Positions 19,585-28,972 of a stretch of 64,000 nt of DNA are shown here, one piece after another (position 1 is the stretch's first letter; every line of letters starts with the position of its first letter). A program made the translations under genes and the position numbers. The notes beneath the pieces were generated by a model. That model did no database searches and had not been told where the DNA came from. It worked only from the letters and a program-made list of their open reading frames with translations. Origin of the DNA: Candidatus Moraniibacteriota bacterium (GTDB taxonomy: Bacteria; Patescibacteriota; Minisyncoccia; Moranbacterales; GWC2-37-73); assembly GCA_035390125.1 (NCBI GenBank), contig DAOOTD010000003.1, positions 20,122 through 84,121 of the forward strand, read 5' to 3'.

Positions 19585-20532
19585 TTAATAACATCCTCTT
19601 TCAGTAATAGTTGCTGTGCAAGTTGAAGTATCATATGCCGAACATGTATAATCAAACCAATAATTTATGTATCTATAATTATCGACTTTGCATGTTTCCG
19701 CAGAAGCATTACTGAATACATGACTACCAGTAGTGCAAGAAACGGCTGGACATTTTGAAACATTATTAGTTGTTCCATTACAAGTTTTTACAGTAGTAGT
19801 TGAATAATTTTTATATGATGACCATCCACTTGGACAACTGCTTTGAGAAAATTTACAAAAATTCTTATCTCCATCACTCACCAAGATTCCACCTGCACTA
19901 GTACAATCATCAGTAGAATGATATGTTCCATAAAGAAATATTCTCCCTGAATTGTTTGTGCAACGAATATAAGCTGTCACGTCTGTACAACCTATATTCA
20001 TACATTGCCATCCATTTTCTCCAATGGGCCTGCCCCCATAACCAGAAGAGTCACTATCATCGCATACATCTCTTCCCCAGCAACCGCCACCTACCATCGT
20101 ATCACCGCTAAAGCAATATATAGGATCAGTGGTTTTAACTTCTCTAGTATAGAGAGGTCCTATGGTAGTACCCGCGTTTCCACTGATACTCATTTCGCTC
20201 AACCACTTACCAGTACTTCTCAAATAAACATCGTTAACGTCTATGTTTCCGCTAGCGCCTTTATCTGGATTTGGGGTTTGTGTCCCAACTCCCACATTAC
20301 CATGAACAAAAAGACTGTTTAAAACATCTAAAAATGCTCCGCTAACACCCAAGCTTCCTGCCTTGTTTTGGAGAATATCACTTGTATTTATTGGGGCGCC
20401 AACATTGCCATCTGGAGCTGTTGCAGTCGGTTCAGTCCAAGCTTTGGCAAATTGAATGACACAACCAAGAGTTATTCCGATTATAGCTACGCTTACCCAA
20501 TATGAGATACCCTTCGTTGTTTTTAATTTCAT
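19585..20532 (-). CDS. Secreted Gly/Cys-rich protein, paralog of the next gene at its N-terminus
   Basis: Signal peptide ...VIQFAKA|WTEPTATAPDGNVGAPINT is near-identical to the N-terminus of the 20555-22255 product. The C-terminal 180 aa is Cys-rich (about 24 Cys). Confidence 0.7.
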   Translation of the reverse strand: MKLKTTKGISYWVSVAIIGITLGCVIQFAKAWTEPTATAPDGNVGAPINTSDILQNKAGSLGVSGAFLDVLNSLFVHGNVGVGTQTPNPDKGASGNIDVNDVYLRSTGKWLSEMSISGNAGTTIGPLYTREVKTTDPIYCFSGDTMVGGGCWGRDVCDDSDSSGYGGRPIGENGWQCMNIGCTDVTAYIRCTNNSGRIFLYGTYHSTDDCTSAGGILVSDGDKNFCKFSQSSCPSGWSSYKNYSTTTVKTCNGTTNNVSKCPAVSCTTGSHVFSNASAETCKVDNYRYINYWFDYTCSAYDTSTCTATITERGCY

Positions 20533-20554
20533 AATTTATATTTTATTCAAAAAA

Positions 20555-22255
20555 TTACTGTAAAAGTTCTGAATGCCATGTATTATTACTATTTACATAT
20601 TGATAACTACTACAACCTGCTGGTGCTGATGTTTGACAAACTCCGTCTCCTGAAGTCAGATAGAAGTTAGGTATAGCCGTACTTGCTATAACACCATTAA
20701 CGCACTTTACAGCAAATGTTATAGCTCCTTCGACACTACCCTCATTATCCCCAAAACAAGTACATCTCCAACCACTCCAAGCACATGACCCGCCTGCGGA
20801 CTGCCATGAAGCTAATCCACTAGCGTCAGAAGTCAACACCTTACCTGCACCTTGGGTTCCGTCAGTGATTTTAACCTTGCCACTAATGTCCAGTTTAGCA
20901 GTAGGACTGGTTGTACCGATACCGACATTGCCGGCAAAATAACTCTTAGGTCCAGCTCCGTAAAAATCATGACCAGTAGATGTTCCTTTTCCATAAATAC
21001 CTATAATTCCAGTACCAACAACACCATAGTTGCCTCCGTTAGCAACGACGGCATATCCTCCACCAGTAGCATAAACTCCATAATCACTACCCCAAGCATT
21101 AACACCAGTAACACCTTCTCCGCGGATACCGGTTGGTCCATAACCATAAATACCATAAGTACTGCCATTTCCGTATACACCGTATATACCGCCTTGACCA
21201 ACAACGCCAACAGCATCAGAACCAACGTTTCCGTAACCATAAACACCCCTAGAACCCTCGCCTCTAACACCGAGTCCATAAGAAGCACTGTTTTTCCCAT
21301 AGACACCAGCTCCGTTTTGATTGCCAGCAGTGCTATAACCTTCAACGCCATAAGTTCCTGTACCATATATGGCAGCATTACTATCTCCACCGCTTCCCAC
21401 GGAAAGTTTAGATAAAGGACTAGTTGTGCCAACTCCAACATTGCCATTATTATAATAAATCGATGTTCCATTTGTTACCCATTGACTTGAACCGCCACCA
21501 GCTGCTGGCGTTTGCCACGAAGCTAAACCATTGGCATCGGAAGTCAACACCTTGCCTGCACCCTGGGTTCCGTCAGTAATTTTAACCTTGCCGCTAATAT
21601 CCAGTTTAGCAGTAGGACTGGTTGTGCCAACTCCAACATTGCCGGCGCTATTCAATGTCATGTAAGGCGAAGTGTAGGATGGGCCAATATAATAATAATT
21701 TAAGGAATCAGCTGCACCAAAGACCCCAAAACCTCCTCTATTTGTGTTTGAGCTGCCTCTAAAAAAATAACCCATATTCCATCCACCAGTATCACCTTTT
21801 ATACTAATACTTCCAACATTATTGCCAGTAGGACTAAATATTATAGGCCTAGGTCCATTAACCGTTACAATACCATTATTTCCTAAAATCAAGGGTGAAA
21901 TTCCAGTTGTTCTGTCAAAAAAAGAAATATTCCCATCATCCCCTCCGCTAGGATATATTTCCCATTGATGTCCTCCGCTGTAATAGGTCGTATCGGTATT
22001 TCTGAAAACTACGCGGTTTGAACCGCCATAATTACCATCTACAAGCACCGTTCCCTTAACTTGCAATGCACCTGTTACGCCTAAAGATCCATTTTTAACT
22101 TGAGGAGCCGTACCAGTATTTATTGGCGCGCCAACATTACCATTTGGCGCTGTTGCAGTCGGTTCAGTCCAAGCTCTGGCAAACTGAACGGTACAGCCAA
22201 CAATTGTCGCAATTATAGCTATACTTGCCCAGTATGTAATATTTTTTGTTTTCAT
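20555..22255 (-). CDS. Secreted Gly-rich fibre-like protein with phage-tail-fibre-type repeats (NVGIGTTSPTAKLDISGKVKITDGTQGAGKVLTSD..GLASWQ) and a Gly-Tyr-rich central region
   Basis: Signal peptide ...VQFARA|WTEPTATAPNGNVGAPINTG. The 46-aa tail-fibre-like module occurs twice almost identically. A GVYGYGNVG...GIYGYG Gly/Tyr tract lies between the copies. The short C-terminus contains Cys residues. Confidence 0.7.
   Translation of the reverse strand: MKTKNITYWASIAIIATIVGCTVQFARAWTEPTATAPNGNVGAPINTGTAPQVKNGSLGVTGALQVKGTVLVDGNYGGSNRVVFRNTDTTYYSGGHQWEIYPSGGDDGNISFFDRTTGISPLILGNNGIVTVNGPRPIIFSPTGNNVGSISIKGDTGGWNMGYFFRGSSNTNRGGFGVFGAADSLNYYYIGPSYTSPYMTLNSAGNVGVGTTSPTAKLDISGKVKITDGTQGAGKVLTSDANGLASWQTPAAGGGSSQWVTNGTSIYYNNGNVGVGTTSPLSKLSVGSGGDSNAAIYGTGTYGVEGYSTAGNQNGAGVYGKNSASYGLGVRGEGSRGVYGYGNVGSDAVGVVGQGGIYGVYGNGSTYGIYGYGPTGIRGEGVTGVNAWGSDYGVYATGGGYAVVANGGNYGVVGTGIIGIYGKGTSTGHDFYGAGPKSYFAGNVGIGTTSPTAKLDISGKVKITDGTQGAGKVLTSDASGLASWQSAGGSCAWSGWRCTCFGDNEGSVEGAITFAVKCVNGVIASTAIPNFYLTSGDGVCQTSAPAGCSSYQYVNSNNTWHSELLQ
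20800..20940. repeat. Intragenic direct repeat, copy A (~140 bp, ~90% identical to 21510-21650)
   Basis: ...gtcaacaccttacctgcaccttgggttccgtcagtgattttaaccttgccactaatgtccagtttagcagtaggactggttgtaccgataccgacattgccggc... recurs at 21510-21650 with a few substitutions. Confidence 0.8.
21510..21650. repeat. Intragenic direct repeat, copy B
   Basis: See copy A. It encodes the second NVGIGTTSPTAKLDISGKVKITDGTQGAGKVLTSD module. Confidence 0.8.
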
Positions 22256-22285
22256 TTATTTATTTTTTATTTAATTATTATTGTT

Positions 22286-22936
22286 TTATTTTATGGTATT
22301 AGCAATAGATGTTACATCCACATTGGCATCGGTTACTATACTAGGAATTTCTTGTGCATCTATCTGAATAGCTATAAATTCTTTTTTATTCTTTATGTTT
22401 TCATTAGCCATAACTGTGATATTTTGATTTTCCTTAAGCTCTGATAATTTTATCTCTTTATTTTCAAAAGGACTTGGAGACAATGGTATATTTTCTATTT
22501 GAGAAGGATCGTTTTTAACCTGTAGCTGTTTCATTTTTTCATCAAAAGCATCCATTTCCTTCTTAAATTGAGCTGGATCTTTTTCAAAAACTAAATTTAT
22601 TTTGGTGTTTGAATCAACTGTAACTGTCCTAATGTCTGCTTTTGAATCTGATAAATAATTGGCTGAACTAATTTTAAATGTCAATTTATTGCCGTCTATT
22701 TTTTGAATTGTACCACTGACAATTTTTGTTTCTTTATCAGACAGCAAGTTTGATGGCTGATTAATGGCATTGCCATTGATCCTATTTACTCCATAATTAG
22801 CAGAAGAGAGACACGATGTTTGACTGGAAATTTTTAATCCAACCATAATTCCTAATGAAAAAATTATCACAATTATCAAAACTCCAATTATTCCAATCAA
22901 AATTTTATTTGAAATGTTTTCGTATTTATTTGACAT
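22286..22936 (-). CDS. Membrane-anchored hypothetical protein (N-terminal TM, extracytoplasmic domain)
   Basis: ILIGIIGVLIIVIIFSLGIMVGL TM helix, then a 170-aa polar domain with no recognisable motifs. Confidence 0.55.
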   Translation of the reverse strand: MSNKYENISNKILIGIIGVLIIVIIFSLGIMVGLKISSQTSCLSSANYGVNRINGNAINQPSNLLSDKETKIVSGTIQKIDGNKLTFKISSANYLSDSKADIRTVTVDSNTKINLVFEKDPAQFKKEMDAFDEKMKQLQVKNDPSQIENIPLSPSPFENKEIKLSELKENQNITVMANENIKNKKEFIAIQIDAQEIPSIVTDANVDVTSIANTIK

Positions 22937-23040
22937 TTTTTTATATTTAAATTATTTATTTTTTAATTACTTTAATAAATATTCAAGTTATTCTGTTTTT
23001 GGCAATTTTTTACATTTTTTATAAAAATTGTCTTAAAAGA

Positions 23041-23367
23041 TTATAATTCTTTTAATTTTTCATTAATTTCCTCTTCTGTTTGGACATCTTGCTTTATGTC
23101 TGATTTCTCGCGGATATTATCCAATTCTTTTATTTGTTTTTCCACTTCTTCCTGTGTTGGAGCAGAAACTCCCTGTTGCTTTCTCAACTCATCCATTTCC
23201 TGAAGTTGCTGCTGGGTTTTTAAATCAATCGCTGAAGTTTGGTTTTCATTTTGAACTTGCGAATTTGTTTCTTTTTCACTATATGCATTTAAAAGAATTA
23301 CACCTACAATAATAAGGGTTATGACTGCTATACCAATTAGTATAGCCATTTGTTGTTTTTTGTTCAT
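23041..23367 (-). CDS. Small membrane-anchored coiled-coil protein, hypothetical
   Basis: MNKKQQMAILIGIAVITLIIVGVILL TM helix followed by a Q/E-rich helical tail; 108 aa. Confidence 0.5.
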   Translation of the reverse strand: MNKKQQMAILIGIAVITLIIVGVILLNAYSEKETNSQVQNENQTSAIDLKTQQQLQEMDELRKQQGVSAPTQEEVEKQIKELDNIREKSDIKQDVQTEEEINEKLKEL

Positions 23368-23477
23368 TTTTTATTTTTTAATTTTATTTAAAAAGAGTCT
23401 TTTATATTAAAATTATACCACTTCAATCGAAAATAATAAAATATAGAAAAAGTTTAGTTATGCACAGTTTAATTATA

Positions 23478-23503
23478 AAAAACATGCCCCTGCTATTGGC
23501 ATG
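23478..23503 (-). terminator. Rho-independent terminator of rsmI
   Basis: CATGCC-cctgctatt-GGCATG hairpin, followed on the minus strand by TTTTTTAT. Confidence 0.5.
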
Positions 23504-23527
23504 CTTATAAAATAAATTTGATATTAT

Positions 23528-24196
23528 TTAATATATAATAATTGTAAATTCTCCCTTTAGTTTACTCGGATTTTTTGTAAAATATTCAGAAACTTCAGCA
23601 AAATTCCCGCGTATAATTTCTTCGAATAGCTTGGTCATTTCGCGTCCTATTATTATATGCTTATTCAAGCCATTTTTTTTCAATAATTCAATATTTTTTA
23701 AAATTCGATGCGGAGAATCATAATACACAGCAGGATATTTAGTTTCAGATAATAATTTAAAAAATTTCTCTCTTCCCTTTTTATGAGGAGGAAAGCCTAA
23801 AAAAACAAACTGCTGCATATCTACCCCGGCTATACTTATGAGAGTAGTCATGGCTGCTACTCCGGGAATTGGTATGACATCAATATCTTCCGCAATGGCT
23901 GCGGCTACAAGTTTATTGCCTGGATCAGAAATTCCTGGAGTTCCAGCATCACTAGCGTAAGCTATATTCTTTCCGGCATTAAGTTCCGATATAATTCTAT
24001 CAAATCTAATCTTTCCACTGTGTTGATGCAAGGAAACAAGAGGTTTGGATATGTTATAATGAGAAAGCAATTTACTTGTCACTCTGGTATCTTCGCACGC
24101 AATCAGATCAGACTCTTTTAAAGTACTAAGAGCTCTCAGTGTAATATCTTCCAGATTGCCAATAGGAGTGGCTATAATATGTAAAATTCCTTTCAT
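23528..24196 (-). CDS. rsmI: 16S rRNA (cytidine1402-2'-O)-methyltransferase
   Basis: LHIIATPIGNLEDITLRALSTLKESDLIACEDTRVTSKLL, the tetrapyrrole-methylase fold signature of RsmI; 222 aa. Confidence 0.85.
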   Translation of the reverse strand: MKGILHIIATPIGNLEDITLRALSTLKESDLIACEDTRVTSKLLSHYNISKPLVSLHQHSGKIRFDRIISELNAGKNIAYASDAGTPGISDPGNKLVAAAIAEDIDVIPIPGVAAMTTLISIAGVDMQQFVFLGFPPHKKGREKFFKLLSETKYPAVYYDSPHRILKNIELLKKNGLNKHIIIGREMTKLFEEIIRGNFAEVSEYFTKNPSKLKGEFTIIIY

Positions 24197-24216
24197 AATT
24201 CTATAAAAACAATAAT

Positions 24217-24684
24217 ATGATATTAACTACTCATGCTTTGATCGGAGCTGCCTTGGGTAAAAATATTCCGAATCCATGGATCATAGTTACCATTGTTATT
24301 CCGCTTCATTTTCTAATGGATCATTTTAGACACGGAGAATATATTGAATCACCTCATAAAAAAACGAGTATTAAAAATATTTGGTGGAAAGCTTTATTAG
24401 ATTTCAGTATTGGAATGTTATTCCTTTTTTGTTTTATAAATTATAAAAATTTTGACTATACAGCCATACGCAATATAATTTTAGGAACATTTTTTTCATT
24501 ATTTCCTGATATGCTGACAGTGCTGTACTGGATTCTTCGCTGGCCTTTTCTTAAAAAAATTCACGATTTTCATGTTTGGTGCCACAAGTATCCACCTTTT
24601 TCCAGTGAAAGACAATGGAATTTAAGAAATGCACTTAATGATATTACTTTCTCAGTGTTAGCTTTGTTATTGCTTCTTTTTTAA
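24217..24684 (+). CDS. YdjM-like (DUF457) membrane-bound metal-dependent hydrolase
   Basis: THALIGAAL...DHFRHGEY...SLFPDMLTVLYWILRWPF resembles the H/D metal-ligand and ADMLTP..PLLWP motifs of E. coli YdjM; 155 aa, about 4 TM helices. Confidence 0.5.
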   Translation: MILTTHALIGAALGKNIPNPWIIVTIVIPLHFLMDHFRHGEYIESPHKKTSIKNIWWKALLDFSIGMLFLFCFINYKNFDYTAIRNIILGTFFSLFPDMLTVLYWILRWPFLKKIHDFHVWCHKYPPFSSERQWNLRNALNDITFSVLALLLLLF

Positions 24685-24703
24685 ATTTTATAATTACAAT
24701 CTT

Positions 24704-27499
24704 TTAAAGATATTTTGCCGTCCAGCTTTTCTTATCTTTTTTGAGCTTGTCAGGAGTACCTTCAAATGTAATATACCCCCCAGATTCTCCACCATCAGGA
24801 CCGAGTTCAATAACCCAATCTGCGTCTTTTATCACATCCAGGTTGTGTTCAACCACAATAACTGTATTCCCTTTATCCACTAATGCATTCAAAACTGATA
24901 ATAACTTCTTTATGTCTTCAAAATGAAGCCCGGCAGTAGGTTCATCTAAAATATACAAGGTGTTGCCAGTTGATTTACGTGCTAATTCTGTAGCTAACTT
25001 TATGCGTTGCGCTTCCCCGCCAGAAAGGTTAGTGGCGCTTTGGCCAAGTTTCAAATATCCCAAGCCCACATCTTCCATTGTTTTTAATTTTTCTGAAATT
25101 AAGGGATTGCGAGTAAAAAATTTGAGAGCTAATCTTACATCCATGTCTAAAATCTGCGCAATATTAAATCCTTTGTATTCTATCTCTAGTGTTTTTTTAC
25201 TAAATCTTGTGCCATCGCAAGCTTCACATTTTACATATACATCAGGAAGCAGATGCATTTCGATTTTTTTAAGTCCTTCCCCTTGGCAAACTTCGCAGCG
25301 TCCACCTTTCATATTAAAGCTGAATCGGCTAGCAGTGTACCCTCTATTTTTTGCTTCCTCCGTTTCAGCAAACAAATCACGTATATGTGAAAACACTCCT
25401 GTATATGTAGCCGCATTTGAACGCGGAGTTCTTCCGATAGGAGCTTGATTTATACTGATAACTTTTTTAATATTCTCAAAGCCTTTTATTTTTTTATGTT
25501 TGCCAGGAAGTTCCTTAGTTCCGTAAAAATGGCGGGAAAGAGCTTTGGATAGAATATCTTTCACCAGAGTAGACTTTCCACTACCTGAAACTCCGCAAAT
25601 TGAAACTAATTTCTGAAGTGGGATCTTTATGTCTATTTTTTTAAGATTATGCTCCTCTGCATCTAGAATTTCTATAAATTTTCCACTGCCATTCCGGTAT
25701 TTATTTTTATTGGAAACTTTTTTCTTTTTAGATAGGTACTGAGCTGTAATATTATTAGAATTCAAAAGTTTTTTATAATTACCTTCAAAAACAACGACTC
25801 CGCCTTCTTCTCCTGCTCCAGGTCCCATATCAATAATCCAGTCTGCTGATTTTATTATGCTTTCATCGTGTTCTACAACAATAATTGAATTTCCCACACT
25901 TTGAAGTTTTTTCATGGTATCTATAAGTTTTTCAGTATCACGATTATGAAGTCCTATAGATGGTTCATCTAAAACATACACTATGCCCATCAACTGAGAA
26001 TTGAGTTGTGCTGCTAGTCTTATGCGTTGCGCTTCTCCGCCGGAAATAGTTTGAGCGCTTCTTCCAAGATTCAAGTATTCCAATCCTACATTTTTGAGTG
26101 ATGCGAGCCTACCAATAATTTCACGTATTATAGAACGACTTATCTCTTTTTCTTGGCTGTTTTGATCCCATTTTTCCCAGTTTTTAAAAAATTCATCCAA
26201 ACAATCAATACTCATCAAAACTAAATCATTAATATTTTTTCCTTGAACTTCAACAGCCAAAAATTCTCTTTTCAGTCTTTTGCCACCACAGGCTTCACAT
26301 ACATGTTCGGTCATATATTTTTCAATTTCAGCACGTACATAATCAGATTTTGTTTCAAAATATTTATTTTCAAGCATCGGTATAACTCCACTGAATTCTT
26401 CATCTCCGTAAAGAACTACTCTCAGTTGCTGTTCTGAGAGTTTTTTAACAGGAACATTCATTGAAAATTTATATTTCTTCGAAACATCTTTCAATATCAT
26501 CAGCTGGGAATTCTGTCCGCTAATTTTTCCGCCTGATTTACTCCATGGTTGTATCGCACCTTCCATAAGAGAAAGGTTTTTATTAGGAATAACCAATTCC
26601 TCATTAACTTTTAATATATAACCTAAACCACTGCACACACTGCATGCTCCTTCTGGACTATTGAAAGAAAAGTGTCTGGGGGTTATTTCTTTTATTTTAA
26701 TTCCACAATTGCTGCAGAAAAAATCCTGGTTATAATTGCTTTCTTTAGAATTATCAAAAAGTACTTTCATTGAATTCCCCCCTATTTTCATAGCTGTTTC
26801 TATTGAATCAGCTATTCTTTCAATATCTGGATTCTTTTTATCCAAAACAATCCTGTCGATGACCACTTCTATTTCTGCGTTGTTATATTCATCAATCGAC
26901 ATTAGAGCTTCAGCAACAGGAATAATTTTCTCTTTTATTCTAATTCTTGCATATCCCATTTGCTGAATATGTTTTAAGGCATCTCTGCTGTTCATGCTAT
27001 CTTTTGGTTTCGACAGAATAGCAATTTGGGTATTATGAGAAAATGACAAAATTTCATCTAAAATTTCTTTATTAGAACGTTTTTGCATAGATGTTCCACA
27101 TTGCGGACAATGAGGTATTCCGACTTTGGCAAATAAAATTCTTAGATAATCATAGATTTCTGTAAGAGTTCCGACTGTTGAGCGAGGTGAACGAGAAATG
27201 CTTTTTTGGTCAATAGATATTGGCGGACTCAAATTCTCAATTTTATCTACATCTGGCTTTATTGATGGATCAAGAAAATTCCTGGCATATGAAGAGAGGC
27301 TTTCCATATAACGACGATTGCCTTCGGCGTAGATCGTATCAAAAGCTAAAGAGGACTTTCCTGATCCAGAAAGTCCAGTAATTACAACAAATTTGTCACG
27401 CGGGATATCAACATCTATATTTTTAAGATTATTTACGCGTGCACCCTTGATAATGATGTCGCCTGTATTCTTTCTCGTAGAAGATTTTTTTGAAGACAT
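24704..27499 (-). CDS. uvrA: Excinuclease ABC subunit A (copy 1)
   Basis: [35 protein letters not shown], zinc-finger CPQCG..., a second Walker [12 protein letters not shown], and ABC signatures LSGGEAQR (twice); 931 aa. Confidence 0.95.
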   Translation of the reverse strand: MSSKKSSTRKNTGDIIIKGARVNNLKNIDVDIPRDKFVVITGLSGSGKSSLAFDTIYAEGNRRYMESLSSYARNFLDPSIKPDVDKIENLSPPISIDQKSISRSPRSTVGTLTEIYDYLRILFAKVGIPHCPQCGTSMQKRSNKEILDEILSFSHNTQIAILSKPKDSMNSRDALKHIQQMGYARIRIKEKIIPVAEALMSIDEYNNAEIEVVIDRIVLDKKNPDIERIADSIETAMKIGGNSMKVLFDNSKESNYNQDFFCSNCGIKIKEITPRHFSFNSPEGACSVCSGLGYILKVNEELVIPNKNLSLMEGAIQPWSKSGGKISGQNSQLMILKDVSKKYKFSMNVPVKKLSEQQLRVVLYGDEEFSGVIPMLENKYFETKSDYVRAEIEKYMTEHVCEACGGKRLKREFLAVEVQGKNINDLVLMSIDCLDEFFKNWEKWDQNSQEKEISRSIIREIIGRLASLKNVGLEYLNLGRSAQTISGGEAQRIRLAAQLNSQLMGIVYVLDEPSIGLHNRDTEKLIDTMKKLQSVGNSIIVVEHDESIIKSADWIIDMGPGAGEEGGVVVFEGNYKKLLNSNNITAQYLSKKKKVSNKNKYRNGSGKFIEILDAEEHNLKKIDIKIPLQKLVSICGVSGSGKSTLVKDILSKALSRHFYGTKELPGKHKKIKGFENIKKVISINQAPIGRTPRSNAATYTGVFSHIRDLFAETEEAKNRGYTASRFSFNMKGGRCEVCQGEGLKKIEMHLLPDVYVKCEACDGTRFSKKTLEIEYKGFNIAQILDMDVRLALKFFTRNPLISEKLKTMEDVGLGYLKLGQSATNLSGGEAQRIKLATELARKSTGNTLYILDEPTAGLHFEDIKKLLSVLNALVDKGNTVIVVEHNLDVIKDADWVIELGPDGGESGGYITFEGTPDKLKKDKKSWTAKYL

Positions 27500-27534
27500 A
27501 TTTTATATAAGCATTAAATACTCGCTAATTAAAA

Positions 27535-27565
27535 ATGATACCAGAAAAAACGATAATTGTAAACC
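27535..27565 (-). promoter_or_regulatory. Candidate sigma70-type promoter of uvrA copy 1, with a conserved spacer element shared with the uvrB promoter
   Basis: Gene-strand sequence GGTTTACAATTATCGTTTTTTCTGGTATCAT: -35 TTTACA, 17-nt spacer, -10 TATCAT; about 35 nt upstream of the ATG. It is 26/31 identical to the element upstream of uvrB. Confidence 0.5.
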
Positions 27566-27599
27566 CCTAAACTATTGCACTAGAAAGTCTTTTTTATTT

Positions 27600-28862
27600 T
27601 TAAATTAAAGCATTCTTTTTTCTTATTTTTCTATGAAAATTAATAGCGAAACGATGTGCTTCATCCATTATGCCTTTTATTAAGTTTTTATCATCTAAAA
27701 TTTCTTCGATTTCATTTGAAATTTGAGAATTTAAAATTGATTTATCATTGGAAATTTTTATTTTGACATTTTTTCTCATTGGCCCCTTGGCTACCGCTGC
27801 AATCGATACAGCAAGACCCATTTTTTTATGCAACAGCCTATCAGCCATATTGAGATGCCCAATCCCTCCATCCAGAAGAATAAGGTCAGGCATGGGCCAT
27901 TCATTATTGAATCTCCTAATTAAAATTTCCCGCATCATTTTCACATCATCTATCCCAGCCACAGTTTTTATCCTGAATTTCCTATATTGTGATTTGTCAG
28001 GCTTATTGTTTGAAAAAACAACCATGCTGCCAACTGCATTTGTTCCTGAAATATTTGAGATATCATAAGCTTCGATTCTAAAAATTCTTGGTTCGTGGTT
28101 CGTGGTTCGCGTATTTTCTTCAAAATCTTTTGTGATTAGAGCAATATCGCGGATATGTTGCAAGGCGAAAATTTTATTGCGAAGCTCCGCTGCTTTTTCA
28201 AATTCATGTTTTTTGGCTTCCGTTTGCATTTCTTTTTCTAAGGTATTAATCAATCCTTTCTTTTTGCCAGCCAAGATCATCCTTATATTGCGAATATTAG
28301 CCATATAATCTTTTCCAGAAATAGCGCCTGCATAGGGTCCGGGACAAAGTCCTATCTGGAAGTCTAGACAGCCATTTTCGGATTGTTGTTTATTCAAATG
28401 AAAAGGAAATATATGGCGTATTATTTTAAGCGCAATTTCCATCTGCTTTTTGGAAGTATAAGGGCCGAATGTATATCTGGTAATATTTTTATTTTTACCC
28501 AAATCAGTTTTGCGCAATATGATAACCCTGGGAAATTTTTCTTTCGTAATCACAAAATAAGAAAATGATTTGCCGTCTTTAAGGTCTATATTGTATTTTG
28601 GCTGGTGTTTTTTAATCAGATTGCTTTCCAATATCAAAGCTTCCAAAACTGAGTCTGTTTGTTGGGTTTTTATATCCGCAACCTGCCTGACCATGGAAAG
28701 GATTCTTTCGCCTCTTACGTCCCGTCCCTGGAAATATGATTTGACCCGGCTGCGCAAACTGGTAGCTTTGCCGATATAAAGGATTTTTCCAAATTTATCT
28801 TTAAAGATATACACTCCGGGTTCAGTTGGCAGTTTATTTATTTTTTCTTTAATTTTTGACAT
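27600..28862 (-). CDS. uvrC: Excinuclease ABC subunit C, short form (GIY-YIG + UvrBC-interaction + RNase-H-like endonuclease domains; no C-terminal (HhH)2)
   Basis: GIY-YIG: [29 protein letters not shown]. UvrB-interacting [18 protein letters not shown]-terminal endonuclease domain [21 protein letters not shown]...YRKFRIK...[14 protein letters not shown]. Length 420 aa versus about 600 aa for canonical UvrC. Confidence 0.85.
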   Translation of the reverse strand: MSKIKEKINKLPTEPGVYIFKDKFGKILYIGKATSLRSRVKSYFQGRDVRGERILSMVRQVADIKTQQTDSVLEALILESNLIKKHQPKYNIDLKDGKSFSYFVITKEKFPRVIILRKTDLGKNKNITRYTFGPYTSKKQMEIALKIIRHIFPFHLNKQQSENGCLDFQIGLCPGPYAGAISGKDYMANIRNIRMILAGKKKGLINTLEKEMQTEAKKHEFEKAAELRNKIFALQHIRDIALITKDFEENTRTTNHEPRIFRIEAYDISNISGTNAVGSMVVFSNNKPDKSQYRKFRIKTVAGIDDVKMMREILIRRFNNEWPMPDLILLDGGIGHLNMADRLLHKKMGLAVSIAAVAKGPMRKNVKIKISNDKSILNSQISNEIEEILDDKNLIKGIMDEAHRFAINFHRKIRKKNALI

Positions 28863-28972
28863 TTTTCTAAAAATATATAAAATTCAAAATTGTAGTCCTT
28901 TAAAAGTTATGTAGCCAAATAATATTACAATTAAACATATAAAAATACAATGTAAAGGGGAGGAATGTGATT

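Noticed and set aside
23538-23552. ATAATTGTAAAT resembling the uvr promoter core
   Set aside because: It lies inside the rsmI coding region (encodes ...FTIII Y*). The 9-mer AATTGTAAA is expected ~3 times by chance at this composition. Only the extended 31-bp element at the uvr promoters is significant.
28083-28103. ggttcgt-ggttcgt-ggttcgc triple 7-mer
   Set aside because: It lies inside uvrC coding (encodes ...[10 protein letters not shown]...). It is too short and without spacers to be a CRISPR array, and it is not part of a tRNA T-arm, with no acceptor or anticodon context.
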